Shown piece after piece: positions 20,129 through 31,714 of a DNA stretch of 64,000 nt (the stretch's first letter is position 1; the number at the start of each line of letters is the position of its first letter). Under the pieces are notes generated by a model. The model was not told the origin of the DNA, ran no database searches, and saw nothing but the letters and a program-made list of their open reading frames with translations. Both the position numbers and the translations under genes were made by a program. Origin of the DNA: Opitutales bacterium. Lineage in GTDB: Bacteria; Verrucomicrobiota; Verrucomicrobiia; Opitutales; UBA2987. Location of the stretch: assembly GCA_965226885.1 (NCBI GenBank), contig CBDDEL010000015.1, forward strand, positions 192,001 through 256,000, in the 5' to 3' direction.

Positions 20129-21349
20129 ATGAGACCGAGACTGCCTAAAGATTTTGTGGATGAGCCTTTTTCCTACCACCAGGAGGTGGTGGTCGATATT
20201 TCGGCTTTGACGAATCTTGGCTCCGGCTTGGGGCGGGTGGATGGCTGGGTTGTCATGGTCCCCTACGCCCTGCCCGGTGAAAAGGTGCGGGCCCGCGTCT
20301 GGCGGAACAAAAAAAATTACTCGGAGGCCGATTTAATCGAAATACTGGAACCCTCCGTGGATCGTGTGGAGCCGGGTTGCCCGCTGTTTGGGGAATGCGG
20401 CGGCTGCCAATACCAGCATCTCGATTATGCCGCCCAGTTGCGTTGGAAAAAAAGCCAGGTGGAAGATCTTTTGGAAAAAATTGCCGGTCTTGAAGAGCCC
20501 GTGGTCCAACCGGTGCGCGCTTCACCCCAAAAATACGGTTACCGGTCGAAAATAACGCCCCATTTTCAGAAAAAGCGGGAGGGCAAGCCGCTCAATATCG
20601 GGTTTCTGCGGGCCGCCTCGCGGAGCATTGTCGATGTCCCCCAATGCCCCATCGCCACCGATGCGATTAATGAAGCGCTTCCGCAAGAAAGAGAGTCGGT
20701 GCTCTCCGGACGGCGAAAATTCCGCAAAGGGGCTACCCTCCTGCTGCGGGATTCCTATGATGGCGTGGCCACCGATCCCAAAAAAATCATCTCGCAAAAA
20801 GTGGGCTCGCTTCTTTTCCAGGTCCAGGCCGGAGAGTTTTTCCAGAACAACCCATTCATCCTGCCCGAAATGGTCGATTATGTCATTAACGAGGCTCGCG
20901 GCGATGGCATCCGTTTCCTGGTCGACGCCTATTGCGGGGTGGGAGTGTTCTCATTGTCGGCCAGCCCCTATTTTGAAAAACTGGCCGGGGTGGAAATCAA
21001 CCCCCAAGCCATCAACCTGGCCAACGCCAATACAGTCCTCAACAAAGTGGAAAATTGCCAATTCACCATCGGTGAGGCCGAGACGTTATTTTCCTCCATC
21101 GACTTCGACCCTGAATGCACCTCGGTTATCATCGATCCCCCGAGAAAAGGCTGTGGCAACCATTTTCTTGAGCTGTTGGCCGCTTACGGACCCAAAAAAA
21201 TCATCTACGTCTCCTGCGACCCCGCCACCCAGGCCCGCGACCTGAAATTATTGGCAAATTCAGGCTACAAATTGAAAAAAATGCAGCCCTTCGACCTCTT
21301 CCCTCAAACCCGCCACATCGAAACCATCGCCACCCTGGGGAAAAGTTAA
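20129..21349 (+). CDS. TRAM-domain RlmD/TrmA-family uracil-C5 RNA methyltransferase
   Basis: CPLFGECGGCQ Fe-S motif, FFQNN, DAYCGVG, DPPRKG, YVSCDP and DLFPQTRHIE. Confidence 0.9.
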   Translation: MRPRLPKDFVDEPFSYHQEVVVDISALTNLGSGLGRVDGWVVMVPYALPGEKVRARVWRNKKNYSEADLIEILEPSVDRVEPGCPLFGECGGCQYQHLDYAAQLRWKKSQVEDLLEKIAGLEEPVVQPVRASPQKYGYRSKITPHFQKKREGKPLNIGFLRAASRSIVDVPQCPIATDAINEALPQERESVLSGRRKFRKGATLLLRDSYDGVATDPKKIISQKVGSLLFQVQAGEFFQNNPFILPEMVDYVINEARGDGIRFLVDAYCGVGVFSLSASPYFEKLAGVEINPQAINLANANTVLNKVENCQFTIGEAETLFSSIDFDPECTSVIIDPPRKGCGNHFLELLAAYGPKKIIYVSCDPATQARDLKLLANSGYKLKKMQPFDLFPQTRHIETIATLGKS

Positions 21350-21589
21350 TACCCCAAAGTGAACGCTCATCAAAATCTTTCTGTTAAACCGCTCTTTCTT
21401 TTGGGATAGTCTCTAAATACCCTATAGGTATTCATCCAGAGCACGAAGAATACCGACCCCATTGGCAGAATCAGACCTAATATGATTTATGATCGTAAAT
21501 TTTTTACATACTAAATCATAATCCTGTGACGTGTACTGGATTTGTTGGACACGGGATTCTCTTATATTCATTGTTTATTGATTAGTGTG

Positions 21590-22484
21590 TCAGGCGGCTT
21601 GTTTTGGTAAAGGGTTTTGTTTTCTCGTTGCCCCCCATGGGGGGCAAATATTTTCCTCGAATTGGACTGGGCTTTGGTAACTCAGAGAGGAATGTTTGCG
21701 ATATCGGTTGTAGAAGATTTCCACGTATTCGAAGACAGTTGATCGCAGTTCGCGCTCGTCGGCAAAGTGGCGGCCTCGAATCGTGCTGGTCTTGAAGCGG
21801 CCGTAGAACGATTCCATGGCCGCGTTGTCGTAGCAGTTGCCTTGGGCGCTCATGCTCGGCTTCATGCCTAGTTCAGAGACCAGCCTCTGATAGTCGTCGC
21901 TGGCGTAGGGGCTGCCCCGATCGCTGTGATGAATAATCCCGGTGCGCAGTGTGCCGCGGGTCATGGCCGCGGCTTTGAGGGCCTTGCCAACCAGCTTCGC
22001 GTCGTTGTGGTTGGAAACGCTCCAGCCTAGCAGGCGTCGGCTGAACAGGTCCATCACCGTGGCCAAGTACATCCAACCGGCCAGGGTCCGTAGGTAGGTC
22101 GTGTCCGCCACCCAGACCTCGTCGATATGGGTCGGCTGGCCATGCTTTTTAAGCACATTGGGGCTGTAACCATAGGGATGGTTACTGTTGGTTTTTAATG
22201 GCTTAAAGCGTTTACTCTGGGTGCTTTTGATTCCCATTTCACGCATCAGACGCAGAGCCCGGTCACGGCCGCAATCGATGCCCTCATCATCCTTCAGATG
22301 GCGGTGCATTGGCCTCTTTGTGTACCTTCAGGATCGCCCCCTTGATTCCCTCGTCCTCGATCCGCCGGGCCGAGGGCGCTCGGTGCCTCCAGCAGTAATA
22401 GCCACTGCGACAAATCCCCATCGCCGAGCATATTTCCTCGATCTTGAAGCGCCCCTCGTTGTCTTTGACAAACTGGTACTTCAT
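21590..22484 (-). pseudogene. IS3 OrfB (rve integrase), frameshifted near 22310
   Basis: WVADTTY, HHSDRG and DNAAMESF motifs. The N-terminus (MKYQFV...) is out of frame and the expected YG..R segment is missing. Confidence 0.82.
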
Positions 22485-22789
22485 TGTTCGTCCTTGGCAA
22501 AGTAGCCCACCGTTTTTTTTAGTATCTGGTTGATCCGCTCCGAGCGGCGCAGCTCTTTGCGAAGACGATCTATCTCGGCCGCCATCTCCTTCGGACTGCT
22601 CTGTCGCTTTGAGGTGGCTTCGCCCTGCTGATCGTCCAGATAGAGCCTCTTCCACCTATACAATTGGTTGGTGTTGACCCCAAGTTTGGTCGATACCTCG
22701 GTGGCGCTCAGACCATCGAGTATCATCAGTTGAACTGCCTCATTTTTGAACTCTATACTGCGTCTTCTTCCCATGCTTCGATTCTCCAT
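22481..22789 (-). CDS. IS3 OrfA (helix-turn-helix)
   Basis: EFKNEAV...LYRWK...ILKK..GYF pattern; ATGA overlap with OrfB; alternative start at 22774. Confidence 0.85.
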   Translation of the reverse strand: MENRSMGRRRSIEFKNEAVQLMILDGLSATEVSTKLGVNTNQLYRWKRLYLDDQQGEATSKRQSSPKEMAAEIDRLRKELRRSERINQILKKTVGYFAKDEQ

Positions 22790-22937
22790 TTAGGAGAATC
22801 TCGTGTCCACTTTTTCCAGTGCACATCACCTGTGACATTAAAAGTGATCAATATAGAAATTATAGACATTGCACCGTTTGAATTCTCTGTCCCTATACTT
22901 TAATGAGTGTCTATCAGTAGTAGTTACAACTTAGTTA

Positions 22938-25278
22938 GAGGCTGTCCCAAAAGGGTGATTTTTGCGAGGGCTTTTGATAGGCGCTCATTTTAGAGGTATT
23001 TGCATTTGGGAGAGTATCAACTTTGCTCTCCTATGACGTTAGGATACTGGTTTTGGGGTCCGGTTGCCTGGTTTTCTTTGTCTGAGCCGACAGTAAGGCT
23101 GTGAAAAAGTATTGTCCTTGCTTTTCCGCTCTCTAGCCCGGATATTTCATGAAGGGTAAAGTTTGGCTCGTTATTGCTATTGGAGATGGATTTCTTTGTA
23201 TTTTGAGCAGATCGTCTTGATTTTTAGGTGTTTTTCAGGGTGTAGAGACACTGCCCCCTTTCCCCCATTGGTTCGGTAGTGCCGGGGGCAGCACCAATGC
23301 ACCCTTTAGGTTGGCACCAATCGGCGGGCCGCATGGTTGAAAAGACTGGCCCAAGGATAACTCTCACTTAGGTGAAAGTGAATCGTTCGGGTGTTGCGCA
23401 CGATGACCGCTCCGATCTTGATTAATTTGAGCCGCAGGGTGTGGCATTGGGCCCGCGCCCACTTCGTCCCTTTTAAGGCTAACCGGCGCATGGCTTCCAT
23501 CAAGGTGTAGGCCAGCGCCGACAAGAGCAATCGGCACTGATTGGCCCACCATTGATGGGCGCTGGTGCGCTCGCTGAACAATTGCATCTGTTCCTTGATT
23601 CGGTTCTCCATTTCACCGCGGCCACAGTATACCTTGTCGTAAAGCTCCTGGGGATCGCCCGGCAGGTTCGTCACCACGAAGCGCGGGTTGGACCCCTGTG
23701 CGGTGTGTTCGGCTTTATGGATGACCAACCGCAGCCATCGCCACGAATCGGCAGCATAGACGAAGTCCTGGAATAACCGTTGTTTTTTACCCCTTAGTTC
23801 GAACCATTCTTTGGCCTGCTTTTGCAACTGCTGGGCGTCTTGCTGCAAGCGTGCATTGCGAGCCATCCCCACGATGTAACTAACTTCGTTGCGGTCGCAC
23901 CAAGAGAGTATCCGGGCTCGACAAAATCCACTGTCGGCGCGCCAAATAATCCGCGTACGGGGCCAGCTTTGGCGAATCCGTTTAACCAGCAATTTGAGGA
24001 TGACCCCGGCATGCTTGCTGGCATCGATCTTGCTCGGCCGCAGGTAGGCCACCAGCAGCTGATCACCGCAAAAAACATATAGCGGCAGAAAACAGTAATG
24101 ATCATAATAACCGTGGAAAAAACGTCCCTCCTGGAGCCCGTGCACCGGATTGTCGGTGGCGTCAAAGTCCAGGATGATCTCTTCGGGTTCCTCGGCAAAG
24201 GAGCCCATGAACTGTTCGACCAACAGCTCGTTTACCGCAAAGGCCGCCCGCCGATCCTGCCCGTTTTCAAAACGACACAAAGTCGGCGCGCTGGCCAACG
24301 TTTCAATGCGCCCCGTTACCGTTTGCAACAATGGATCGTGGCGCAGGGTATCAAAGTCGTTCAAATCCTCATAGCCCGCCACCAGCCCGTAAACGCGCTG
24401 CCGCAGCATCCCCAATACCTCATGGCGTACTTTGCCCTTCTGCCGTTTGTCCACTAACTGTCGGGCCGCTCGTTCGGTCAAGCCCAACTGCCGATCCACT
24501 TCCCGGATCAAAAGCAGTCCGGCATCCGAAGTAACCTCTCCGCCCTTGAAATCAACCCGCACACGGCGGCCTTTTACCCTTGTCAACTGTAGCTTTAATT
24601 GTTTACCTTTTGTCATCGCTGATATTGCTTTAATTATTGATCTATCCTGCTGTATATCAGCAGTTAAGCATATCAACGATACTTTTTTTACGAAATATCC
24701 GGGCTAGCCCGCCGCTTTGGTTTTTAGTTCGTCTTGCTGGGCCAGCATCTTGGCTACTTTCCATAGGTTGTGCGAGAGTACCGACCAGGCTACGCTGATC
24801 GAGCGGTTGGCAAAGCCTTTGCTGCGCAACCGCCCGGCCTGCCAGCGATTCTTCAATACCCCGATCCGCCCTTCGGTGCTGGCCCGGCGCTTTTGCAATT
24901 GTCTGAACAGTGGTTCCTCCATCCGTTTTTTCAACTGCTTCGGATCGCGTGGACAGAGCGCGTCGTAGATTCCCTCCTGGGCTAACTGCCGGCGGGCCCG
25001 CTGGGAGGCAAATCCCCGGTCCGCGCACATGGCCGCTATGGGTTCTTCCAGGTTGAAGCGGTTCTGTCTTTGCAAACTCTCTTGCATTTGTTCATTTTCG
25101 CTTGGAGTTCGGCTGCCGTAGAGTTTCCAGTCCAGCAGGTACCCTTCAACGCTTTCTCCCAAAAACAGGGTGTTGCCGAACTCGACCTCTTGGCCCGCTT
25201 TACCTCGCACAATCACCTGCCCATCGAGTTCGTAAACACTCAAGACTTTCTCTGCGTTTTTCACCTGGCGGCCGCCAA
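22938..25278 (-). mobile_element. Truncated ISNCY-like copy (3' part only), with nested IS1380, cut off by IS21
   Basis: Right IR at 22938; transposase C-terminus at 24704-25278 matches the other copies; the 5' half is absent beyond the IS21. Confidence 0.88.
23137..24703 (-). mobile_element. IS1380 copy 4 (tnp 23306-24616)
   Basis: IRs present; CTAG duplicated at 23133-23136 and 24704-24707. Confidence 0.95.
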
Positions 25279-25352
25279 TGTAAACGCCGGGGAAAAACCG
25301 GTACGGTAAAGAGGGCGCTTTAAAACCGGTACGCTTATCCTAGAAAGGAGGA

Positions 25353-26858
25353 GTGTATCGAGATATGAAGCAATGGACAAGAGTGCGGCACAAAGTGCTG
25401 CGGGACAAGCAGAGCAAGCGCTCTGTAATGCGAGAAGAGGGACTGCACTGGGAGACCCTGGGAAAGATGCTGGCCTATTCCCAGCCGCCGGGATACCGGC
25501 GCAAGAAGAGGCGAGAGCGCAAGATCGATCCGTATGTGGGCTGGATCGAGGAGGTGCTCAAAGCGGACCGGAACGTGCCCAAGAAGCAGCGCCATACGGC
25601 CAAACGGATCTACCAGCGTTTGGGTCGGAAGAAGGGCTACCAAGGGGGCTACACGGCGGTCAAGGAGGTGGTGGCCGAGCTGCGAGCGAGGCGGCGGGAA
25701 GTGTTCGTGCCGCTGGAGCACCGCCCCGGGGAGGGACAGGTGGACTTCGGTCATGCCCTGGTGAAGGAGGCGGGGCAATTGCGTAGGCGGCCATTTTTTG
25801 CCATGAGCCTGCCCTACAGCGATGCCTTTTTCGTGCAGGTGTTCGAACGGGAGTGCACGGAGAGCTTCTGGGAGGGGCACCTGCGAGCTTTTGAGTTTTT
25901 CGGGGCGGTGCCCCGGCGCATCAGCTATGACAACTCGAAGGTGGCGGTGGGTAAGATTATCGGTTCGCGTGAACGCAAGCTGACCGACGGGTTTCTGCAG
26001 CTACAGAGCCATTACCTGTTCGAGGAACACTTCTGTCTGCCCGCCCGGCCCAACGAGAAGGGCGTGGTCGAGGGGATCGTGCGTTATGCCCGGGCCAACT
26101 TCCTGGTACCGGTACCGCAGGTTCGGGACCTGGAGGAACTCAACGCAAAGCTGTTGGAGGCATGTGAGCGGGACATGGAGCGTAAATTACGCGGGAAAAG
26201 GGCGGTGAAAAAGGAACTGCTGGCCGAGGAGCGCGCCGTCATGCTGGCGTTGCCGCCCATACCCTTTGAAGCGAGCCGCAAACGCTCGACCTGCGTCAGC
26301 AGCCTCTCGCTGGTGCGCTTCGAGTGCAACGACTATTCGGTGCCGGTGCGCTGCGCCCACCATCCGGTGGTGGTGGAAGGGTCCTGTCGGCAGGTGGTGA
26401 TCTTCTGTGGGGGCCAAGAGGTGGCCCGGCACCGCCGCATTTGGGATAAAGAGCAAGTCTCTTTCGAGCCGGTGCACTACCTGGCTTTGCTGGAGAAAAA
26501 ACCGGGCGCTTTGGACTTCGCCCGCCCACTCTCGGGCTGGCAGTTGCCGCAGTGCCTGCAGGTCCTCAGACGCCGGCTCGAAAGCCAATGCGGGGGCGAA
26601 GGCACCCGGGAGTATATCCGGGTGCTGCGGCTGTTGGAGAAACACCCCATGGCGGCCTTGCAGCAGGCCGTCGTCTCGGCCCTGCGGGTGGGGGGACTGA
26701 CTCGTGAGGCCATCGCCCAGTATCTCTATCCTCAGGAAGACTACGGGAGCAGAACCTTCCGGCTGGACGGCCATCCACACCTGCGTCACGTCCGTGTGGC
26801 CGCCCCTGACCTCGGTGCCTACAGCGAACTGCTCAAGATTCCAGGAGGGGCTTTATGA
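25353..26858 (+). CDS. istA: IS21 transposase IstA
   Basis: KQRHTAKRI, GQVDFG, SYDNSK and EKGVVE motifs. Confidence 0.93.
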   Translation: MYRDMKQWTRVRHKVLRDKQSKRSVMREEGLHWETLGKMLAYSQPPGYRRKKRRERKIDPYVGWIEEVLKADRNVPKKQRHTAKRIYQRLGRKKGYQGGYTAVKEVVAELRARRREVFVPLEHRPGEGQVDFGHALVKEAGQLRRRPFFAMSLPYSDAFFVQVFERECTESFWEGHLRAFEFFGAVPRRISYDNSKVAVGKIIGSRERKLTDGFLQLQSHYLFEEHFCLPARPNEKGVVEGIVRYARANFLVPVPQVRDLEELNAKLLEACERDMERKLRGKRAVKKELLAEERAVMLALPPIPFEASRKRSTCVSSLSLVRFECNDYSVPVRCAHHPVVVEGSCRQVVIFCGGQEVARHRRIWDKEQVSFEPVHYLALLEKKPGALDFARPLSGWQLPQCLQVLRRRLESQCGGEGTREYIRVLRLLEKHPMAALQQAVVSALRVGGLTREAIAQYLYPQEDYGSRTFRLDGHPHLRHVRVAAPDLGAYSELLKIPGGAL

Positions 26859-27622
26859 AGGAAGAAAAAAACCAGCTGCTGTTACACCATCACCTCAAGA
26901 AACTGAAGTTGCCCACCATCCTGCGCGAATGGCCGGCGGTGGCCGCGGCTTGTTCCCGGGACCGGCTCGATTACGCCGCCTTTTTGTTGCATCTGGTCGA
27001 ACGGGAGCTCATTGAACGCGAACAGCGGGCCGCCCAGCGGCGGATCAAAAACGCCCGTTTCCCCGTGCTCAAGACCCTCGAGAGCTTCGCCTTTGAAGCG
27101 CAGCCCTCGCTCAACGAAGCGCTCATCCGAGAGCTCATGCGCGGGGAGTATGTCGACCAGCGCGAAAACGTGCTGCTCCTCGGTAACGCCGGTACCGGTA
27201 AAACGCACCTGGCCACCGCCCTGGGCTTTGCCGCCTGTGCCCAGGGCCGGCGGATCCGTTTCTTCGGGGTCACCGCCCTGGTTACCCATATGCTCGAGCA
27301 ACGCGACAACCACGACCTGCAGCGCTTCATGAAGCAACTCGAAAGGCTCGACCTACTCATCCTCGACGAACTCGGTTACGTCCCTTTTTCCAAGACCGGT
27401 TCCGAACTGCTCTTCGACGTGGTCAGCCGCGCTTACGAGCGCACCAGTCTCATCGTCACCACCAACCTGCCCTTTGAGAACTGGATCGAAGTGCTCGGTT
27501 CCGAACGGCTCACCGGAGCTCTGCTGGACCGACTCACCCATCGGGTGCATATCCTCGAAGCCAACGGGCAAAGCTACCGCTTGCGCGATGCTCGACGCCG
27601 TCGCCGTGGCACAAAACAATAA
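26855..27622 (+). CDS. istB: IS21 helper ATPase IstB
   Basis: Walker A GNAGTGKT, Walker B LLILDELG and LDRLTH. Confidence 0.95.
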   Translation: MKEEKNQLLLHHHLKKLKLPTILREWPAVAAACSRDRLDYAAFLLHLVERELIEREQRAAQRRIKNARFPVLKTLESFAFEAQPSLNEALIRELMRGEYVDQRENVLLLGNAGTGKTHLATALGFAACAQGRRIRFFGVTALVTHMLEQRDNHDLQRFMKQLERLDLLILDELGYVPFSKTGSELLFDVVSRAYERTSLIVTTNLPFENWIEVLGSERLTGALLDRLTHRVHILEANGQSYRLRDARRRRRGTKQ

Positions 27623-27863
27623 ACACCTTGGGCCCGCCTTGGGCCCGGCTCGTCGGCCTCCGGCCTCCTCACCGACCCCAAGCCAATCCCCAAAACCAAC
27701 TCCCAAACCCTAAACCTTGACGTACCTGCAATTACTAACCTAAACCTTATTCCAAGCGTACCGGTTTTACCCCGACCCCCGTACCGGTTTCATCCCGGCG
27801 TTTACATTTCTTTGATCGTGGCTTTATAATATAGCTAAATGGCCGGTAAGTTGTTCTTCCTAA

Positions 27864-27970
27864 CCCGGATATTTCGTAAAAAAAGTATCGTTGATATGCT
27901 TAACTGCTGATATACAGCAGGATAGATCAATAATTAAAGCAATATCAGCGATGACAAAAGGTAAACAATT
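27864..27970 (+). mobile_element. IS1380 left-end fragment truncated by IS1
   Basis: CTAA followed by the IRL and the first codons MTKGKQL, then an abrupt switch to the IS1 IR GGTAGTGTAT. Confidence 0.9.
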
Positions 27971-28772
27971 GGTAGTGTATAAAAAAAGAATGTTATTTTG
28001 TATTTTTAGCTGTACAAATAGCGTTAGGCAGTTTATTCTTAGTGCATGGTTACTAAAATTATTAATTGTCGGCACTGTGGAAGAGAAGATATCATTAAAT
28101 TTGGCAAGACGCCCAACCATAAACAGCGCTACCGCTGCCATGATTGTGGTAAACAAAGCCGCGAAAACCCCACAGTGAAATACACCGAAGAGCAAAAAGA
28201 AATGATCCTTCGAGTCTATCAGGAACGCAGCAGTCTACGCGGTTTACAGCGCGCCTTCGGGGTGAGTCCCAACACCGTTTTGAGTTGGTTAAAAAAAACG
28301 ACAATCGCTGCGACCGCTCAAAAGCACGATTCTTGCGGCCCGCCGCCATGATGTCATTGAACTGGACGAACTGTGGTCTTTTGTGGGGCGCAAGAGCGAT
28401 GCCCAATGGGTTTGGATCGCTCTTTGCCGACGCACCCGTCAAATCCTCTCCTATGCCATTGGGCCTCGGGATTGGTATCGTTGCCGGGAACTTTACGAGC
28501 GTCTGCCACGGGCCTACAAAAGATGTGCCACCTACAGCGACTTTTGGAGCACTTATGATGAAGTCTTTCCTCATAACCGATCCGTGGGAAAAGAAACCGG
28601 TGAAACGGCCCATGTGGAACGATGGAACAATACCCTGCGCCAACGACTGGGTCGTTTCACACGCAAAACCCTCTCCTTTTCCAAGCTTAAGAGTATGCAT
28701 GAAACCTGTCTGAGACTTTTCATTCATCAATATAATCAAGAATTAGCCACCATTCCTACTTAATACACTACC
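27971..28772 (+). mobile_element. IS1-family element, 802 bp (insA from 28046, insB to 28763, probable -1 frameshift)
   Basis: IRs GGTAGTGTAT...ATACACTACC; InsA zinc finger CRHC...YRCHDC; A-run slippery site near 28290; InsB ELDELWSF...SDFW...HVERWN; no target duplication. Confidence 0.92.
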
Positions 28773-28809
28773 CATCCATAGGAAAATCCTCCCGGGCGCC
28801 ATTGACGGC

Positions 28810-28853
28810 GCCAGTTAACATTAGCATTAAAGCCAGTTAACATTAGCATTAAA
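28810..28853. repeat. Perfect 22-bp tandem duplication
   Basis: gccagttaacattagcattaaa occurs twice back to back. Confidence 0.92.
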
Positions 28854-28969
28854 ATAAGGAATGAAAAATAAAACATATAACCGTAAATTTCCGGGTTAGT
28901 CTTGCTATGCTGTGCGATTCTATGTTGAAAACAGATGGGTGTTATGGCGAACGCAAAAGGAGAAAAATT

Positions 28970-31305
28970 ATGAAAAAAATTAAATATGACGATACGTTGC
29001 AAAATCAACATGAACCTGTGGATTGGGCGGCGGGCAAATCAAAGTCCTGGAACAGGCGAAAATTCATAAAAGCTTCCGCCAACGCTGGTGTAGCGGCCAT
29101 GCTTTCCCAGTCGCCAATACTTTCGGAGGTCGAATCGGGTAACCGTAAAAAGCGTTATGTCATTGTCAGAACCGGTTCGCGCTCACGCATGTATCAAAGG
29201 TCGATTGAAAACGATTATGCCAAATACGCGGAGTTGGTTGGATTTTGCGATGTGAACACGGGCCGGCTGAAATTGTCGCAGGAAAGGTCCCGGCAGCATG
29301 GCAAACCGGTGCCCCCTATTTTTATGGCCAAGGAATTCGACCGCATGATCGCCGAGCAAAAACCGGACACCGTGATCGTGACAACCGTGGATGGGTATCA
29401 TCACCTCTACATTATCCGGGGGATGGAGCTTGGTTGCGACGTTATCAGTGAAAAACCAATGACCATAGACGCGGGCAAATGTCAAAAAATTATCGATACC
29501 CAAAGCAAAACCGGAAAGCGATGCACGGTAGCGTTTAATTATCGTTATTCGCCGCCCAGAACCCAAGTCAAAGATATCCTTATGAGCGGTGAAATCGGGG
29601 AAATCCTTTCAGTCGATTTTCACTGGATGCTGAATACTTTTCACGGGGCCGATTATTTTCGCCGCTGGCATAGCCAGAAGAAATATTCGGGCGGCCTGAT
29701 GGTGCACAAGGCGACCCATCATTTCGATCTTGTGAACTGGTGGTTGTCGGCTGTTCCGGTGGCTGTCAGCGCGACCGGCAAACGCGAGTTTTACACCCCG
29801 AAAATGGCCAAACGGTTTGGGTTGTCGAGTCATCATGAGCGCTGCCATACCTGCCCGGAAAAGGACCTTTGCGGTTTCGAACTGGACATGGCGGCGAGTG
29901 AATCGCTCTAGGCCCTCTACCTCGACAATGAAAAGTATGACGGTTATTTCCGCGACCGCTGCGTATTCCGGCCGGATATCGATATTGAGGATACCATGAA
30001 TGTGCTGGTCGATTATGACAACGGGGTGACGCTTTCCTACTCGCTCAATGCCTTTAATTCATGGGAGGGCTACACCATCGTTTTCAATGGCACGAAAGGG
30101 CGCCTCGAGCATACAAGCAAAGAAAAAATATACGTTAGCGGTACCGATACTGAACAAGGTGGAATTATCAAAGGCGGCATAAGCACAGTTATAATTCCAC
30201 TTCGCGGCCCCACTCGCAATATGGAAGTTTGGACGGGTGAGGGAAGCCATGGCGGGGGGACAGACATTTACTGGACGACCTGTTTCTACCCAATCCGCCG
30301 AAGGATAAGTATTTGCGGGCCGCTGACCAACGTTCCGGCGCTTATTCAATACTCACGGGGGTGGCGGCCAACCGCAGTTTTGCTTCAGGTAACAGCGTAA
30401 AAATACCGGATTTAGTCCAGGAAATTGGGGTAGTGTATAAAAAAAGAATGTTATTTTGTATTTTTAGCTGTACAAATAGCGTTAGGCAGTTTATTTTTAG
30501 TGCATGGTTACTAAAATTATTAATTGTCGGCACTGTGGAAGAGAAAATATCATTAAATTTGGCAAGACGCCCAACCATAAACAGCGCTACCGCTGCCATG
30601 ATTGTGGTAAGCAAAGCCGCGAAAACCCCACAGTGAAATACACCGAAGAGCAAAAAGAAATGATCCTTCGAGTCTATCAGGAACGCAGCAGTCTACGCGG
30701 TTTACAGCGCGCCTTCGGGGTGAGTCCCAACACCGTTTTGAGTTGGTTAAAAAAAACGACAATCGCTGCGACCGCTCAAAAGCACGATTCTTGCGGCCCG
30801 CCGCCATGATGTCATTGAACTGGACGAACTGTGGTCTTTTGTGGGGCGCAAGAGCGATGCCCAATGGGTTTGGATCGCTCTTTGCCGACGCACCCGTCAA
30901 ATCCTCTCCTATGCCATTGGGCCTCGGGATTGGTATCGTTGCCGGGAACTTTACGAGCGTCTGCCACGGGCCTACAAAAGATGTGCCACCTACAGCGACT
31001 TTTGGAGCACTTATGATGAAGTCTTTCCTCATAACCGATCCGTGGGAAAAGAAACCGGTGAAACGGCCCATGTGGAACGATGGAACAATACCCTGCGCCA
31101 ACGACTGGGTCGTTTCACACGCAAAACCCTCTCCTTTTCCAAGCTTAAGAGTATGCATGAAACCTGTCTGAGACTTTTCATTCATCAATATAATCAAGAA
31201 TTAGCCACCATTCCTACTTAATACACTACCGAAATTGGATTGCCCGCTTATCCTGCCATGCCCCCAAGGAAAGGACCTTTGCCTATGCCCGCAAAGATCA
31301 GTTAG
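28970..31305 (+). pseudogene. Tat-exported Gfo/Idh/MocA oxidoreductase, inactivated
   Basis: RRKFIK Tat motif, SEKPM and GGLMVHKATHHFD. In-frame TAG at 29909-29911, frameshift in a G-run near 30255, IS1 insertion at 30429; tail ends at 31305. Confidence 0.87.
30429..31230 (+). mobile_element. IS1-family element
   Basis: Near-identical to 27971-28772; 8-bp duplication GAAATTGG at 30421-30428 and 31231-31238. Confidence 0.94.
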
Positions 31306-31457
31306 GACAATTACCGCGTACGTGTTAAAGCATAGTTTGGATTCCTTGCCTTTTTTGAGCAGACGACCTCTGCATCGGTGCCGCTCATCCCACTGAGCAC
31401 CTCGTCCAACATCGCCTTGATGCGGCGAATCGGGTGTTTCGCAGGGATGCGATCTTC

Positions 31458-31714
31458 GGTGGTGTATAAAAAAAGAATGTTATTTTGTATTTTTAGCTGT
31501 ACAAATAACGTTAGGCAGTTTATTCTTAGTGCATGGTTACTAAAATTATTAATTGTCGGCACTGTGGAAGTGAAAATATCATTAAATTTGGCAAGACGCC
31601 CAACCATATACAGCGCTACCGCTGCCATGATTGTGGTAAACAAAGCCGCGAAAACCCCACAGTGAAATACACCGAAGAGCAAAAAGAAATGATCCTTCGA
31701 GTCTATCAGGAACG
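31458..31714 (+). mobile_element. IS1 left-end fragment (257 bp)
   Basis: IRL variant GGTGGTGTAT and the 5' part of insA; ends abruptly at the IRR of the inverted copy. Confidence 0.9.

Larger units (their letters stand above)
21527..22828 (-). mobile_element. IS3-family element, 1302 bp
   Basis: Imperfect IRs TGACGTGTACTGGA...TCCAGTGCACATCA with TG...CA ends; CCTG duplicated at 21523-21526 and 22829-22832. Confidence 0.9.
25279..27806 (+). mobile_element. IS21-family element
   Basis: IRs TGTAAACGCCGGG...CCCGGCGTTTACA with repeated AAACCGGTACG sub-terminal motifs; istA-istB pair; no target duplication. Confidence 0.93.

Noticed and set aside
21350..22937. Gene interrupted by the IS3 element in AT-rich flanks
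   Set aside because: Joining the flanks gave no convincing reading frame.
29909..29911. Programmed amber readthrough or pyrrolysine
   Set aside because: The same gene also has a frameshift and an IS insertion, so a nonsense mutation is simpler; TAG is used as a normal stop elsewhere.
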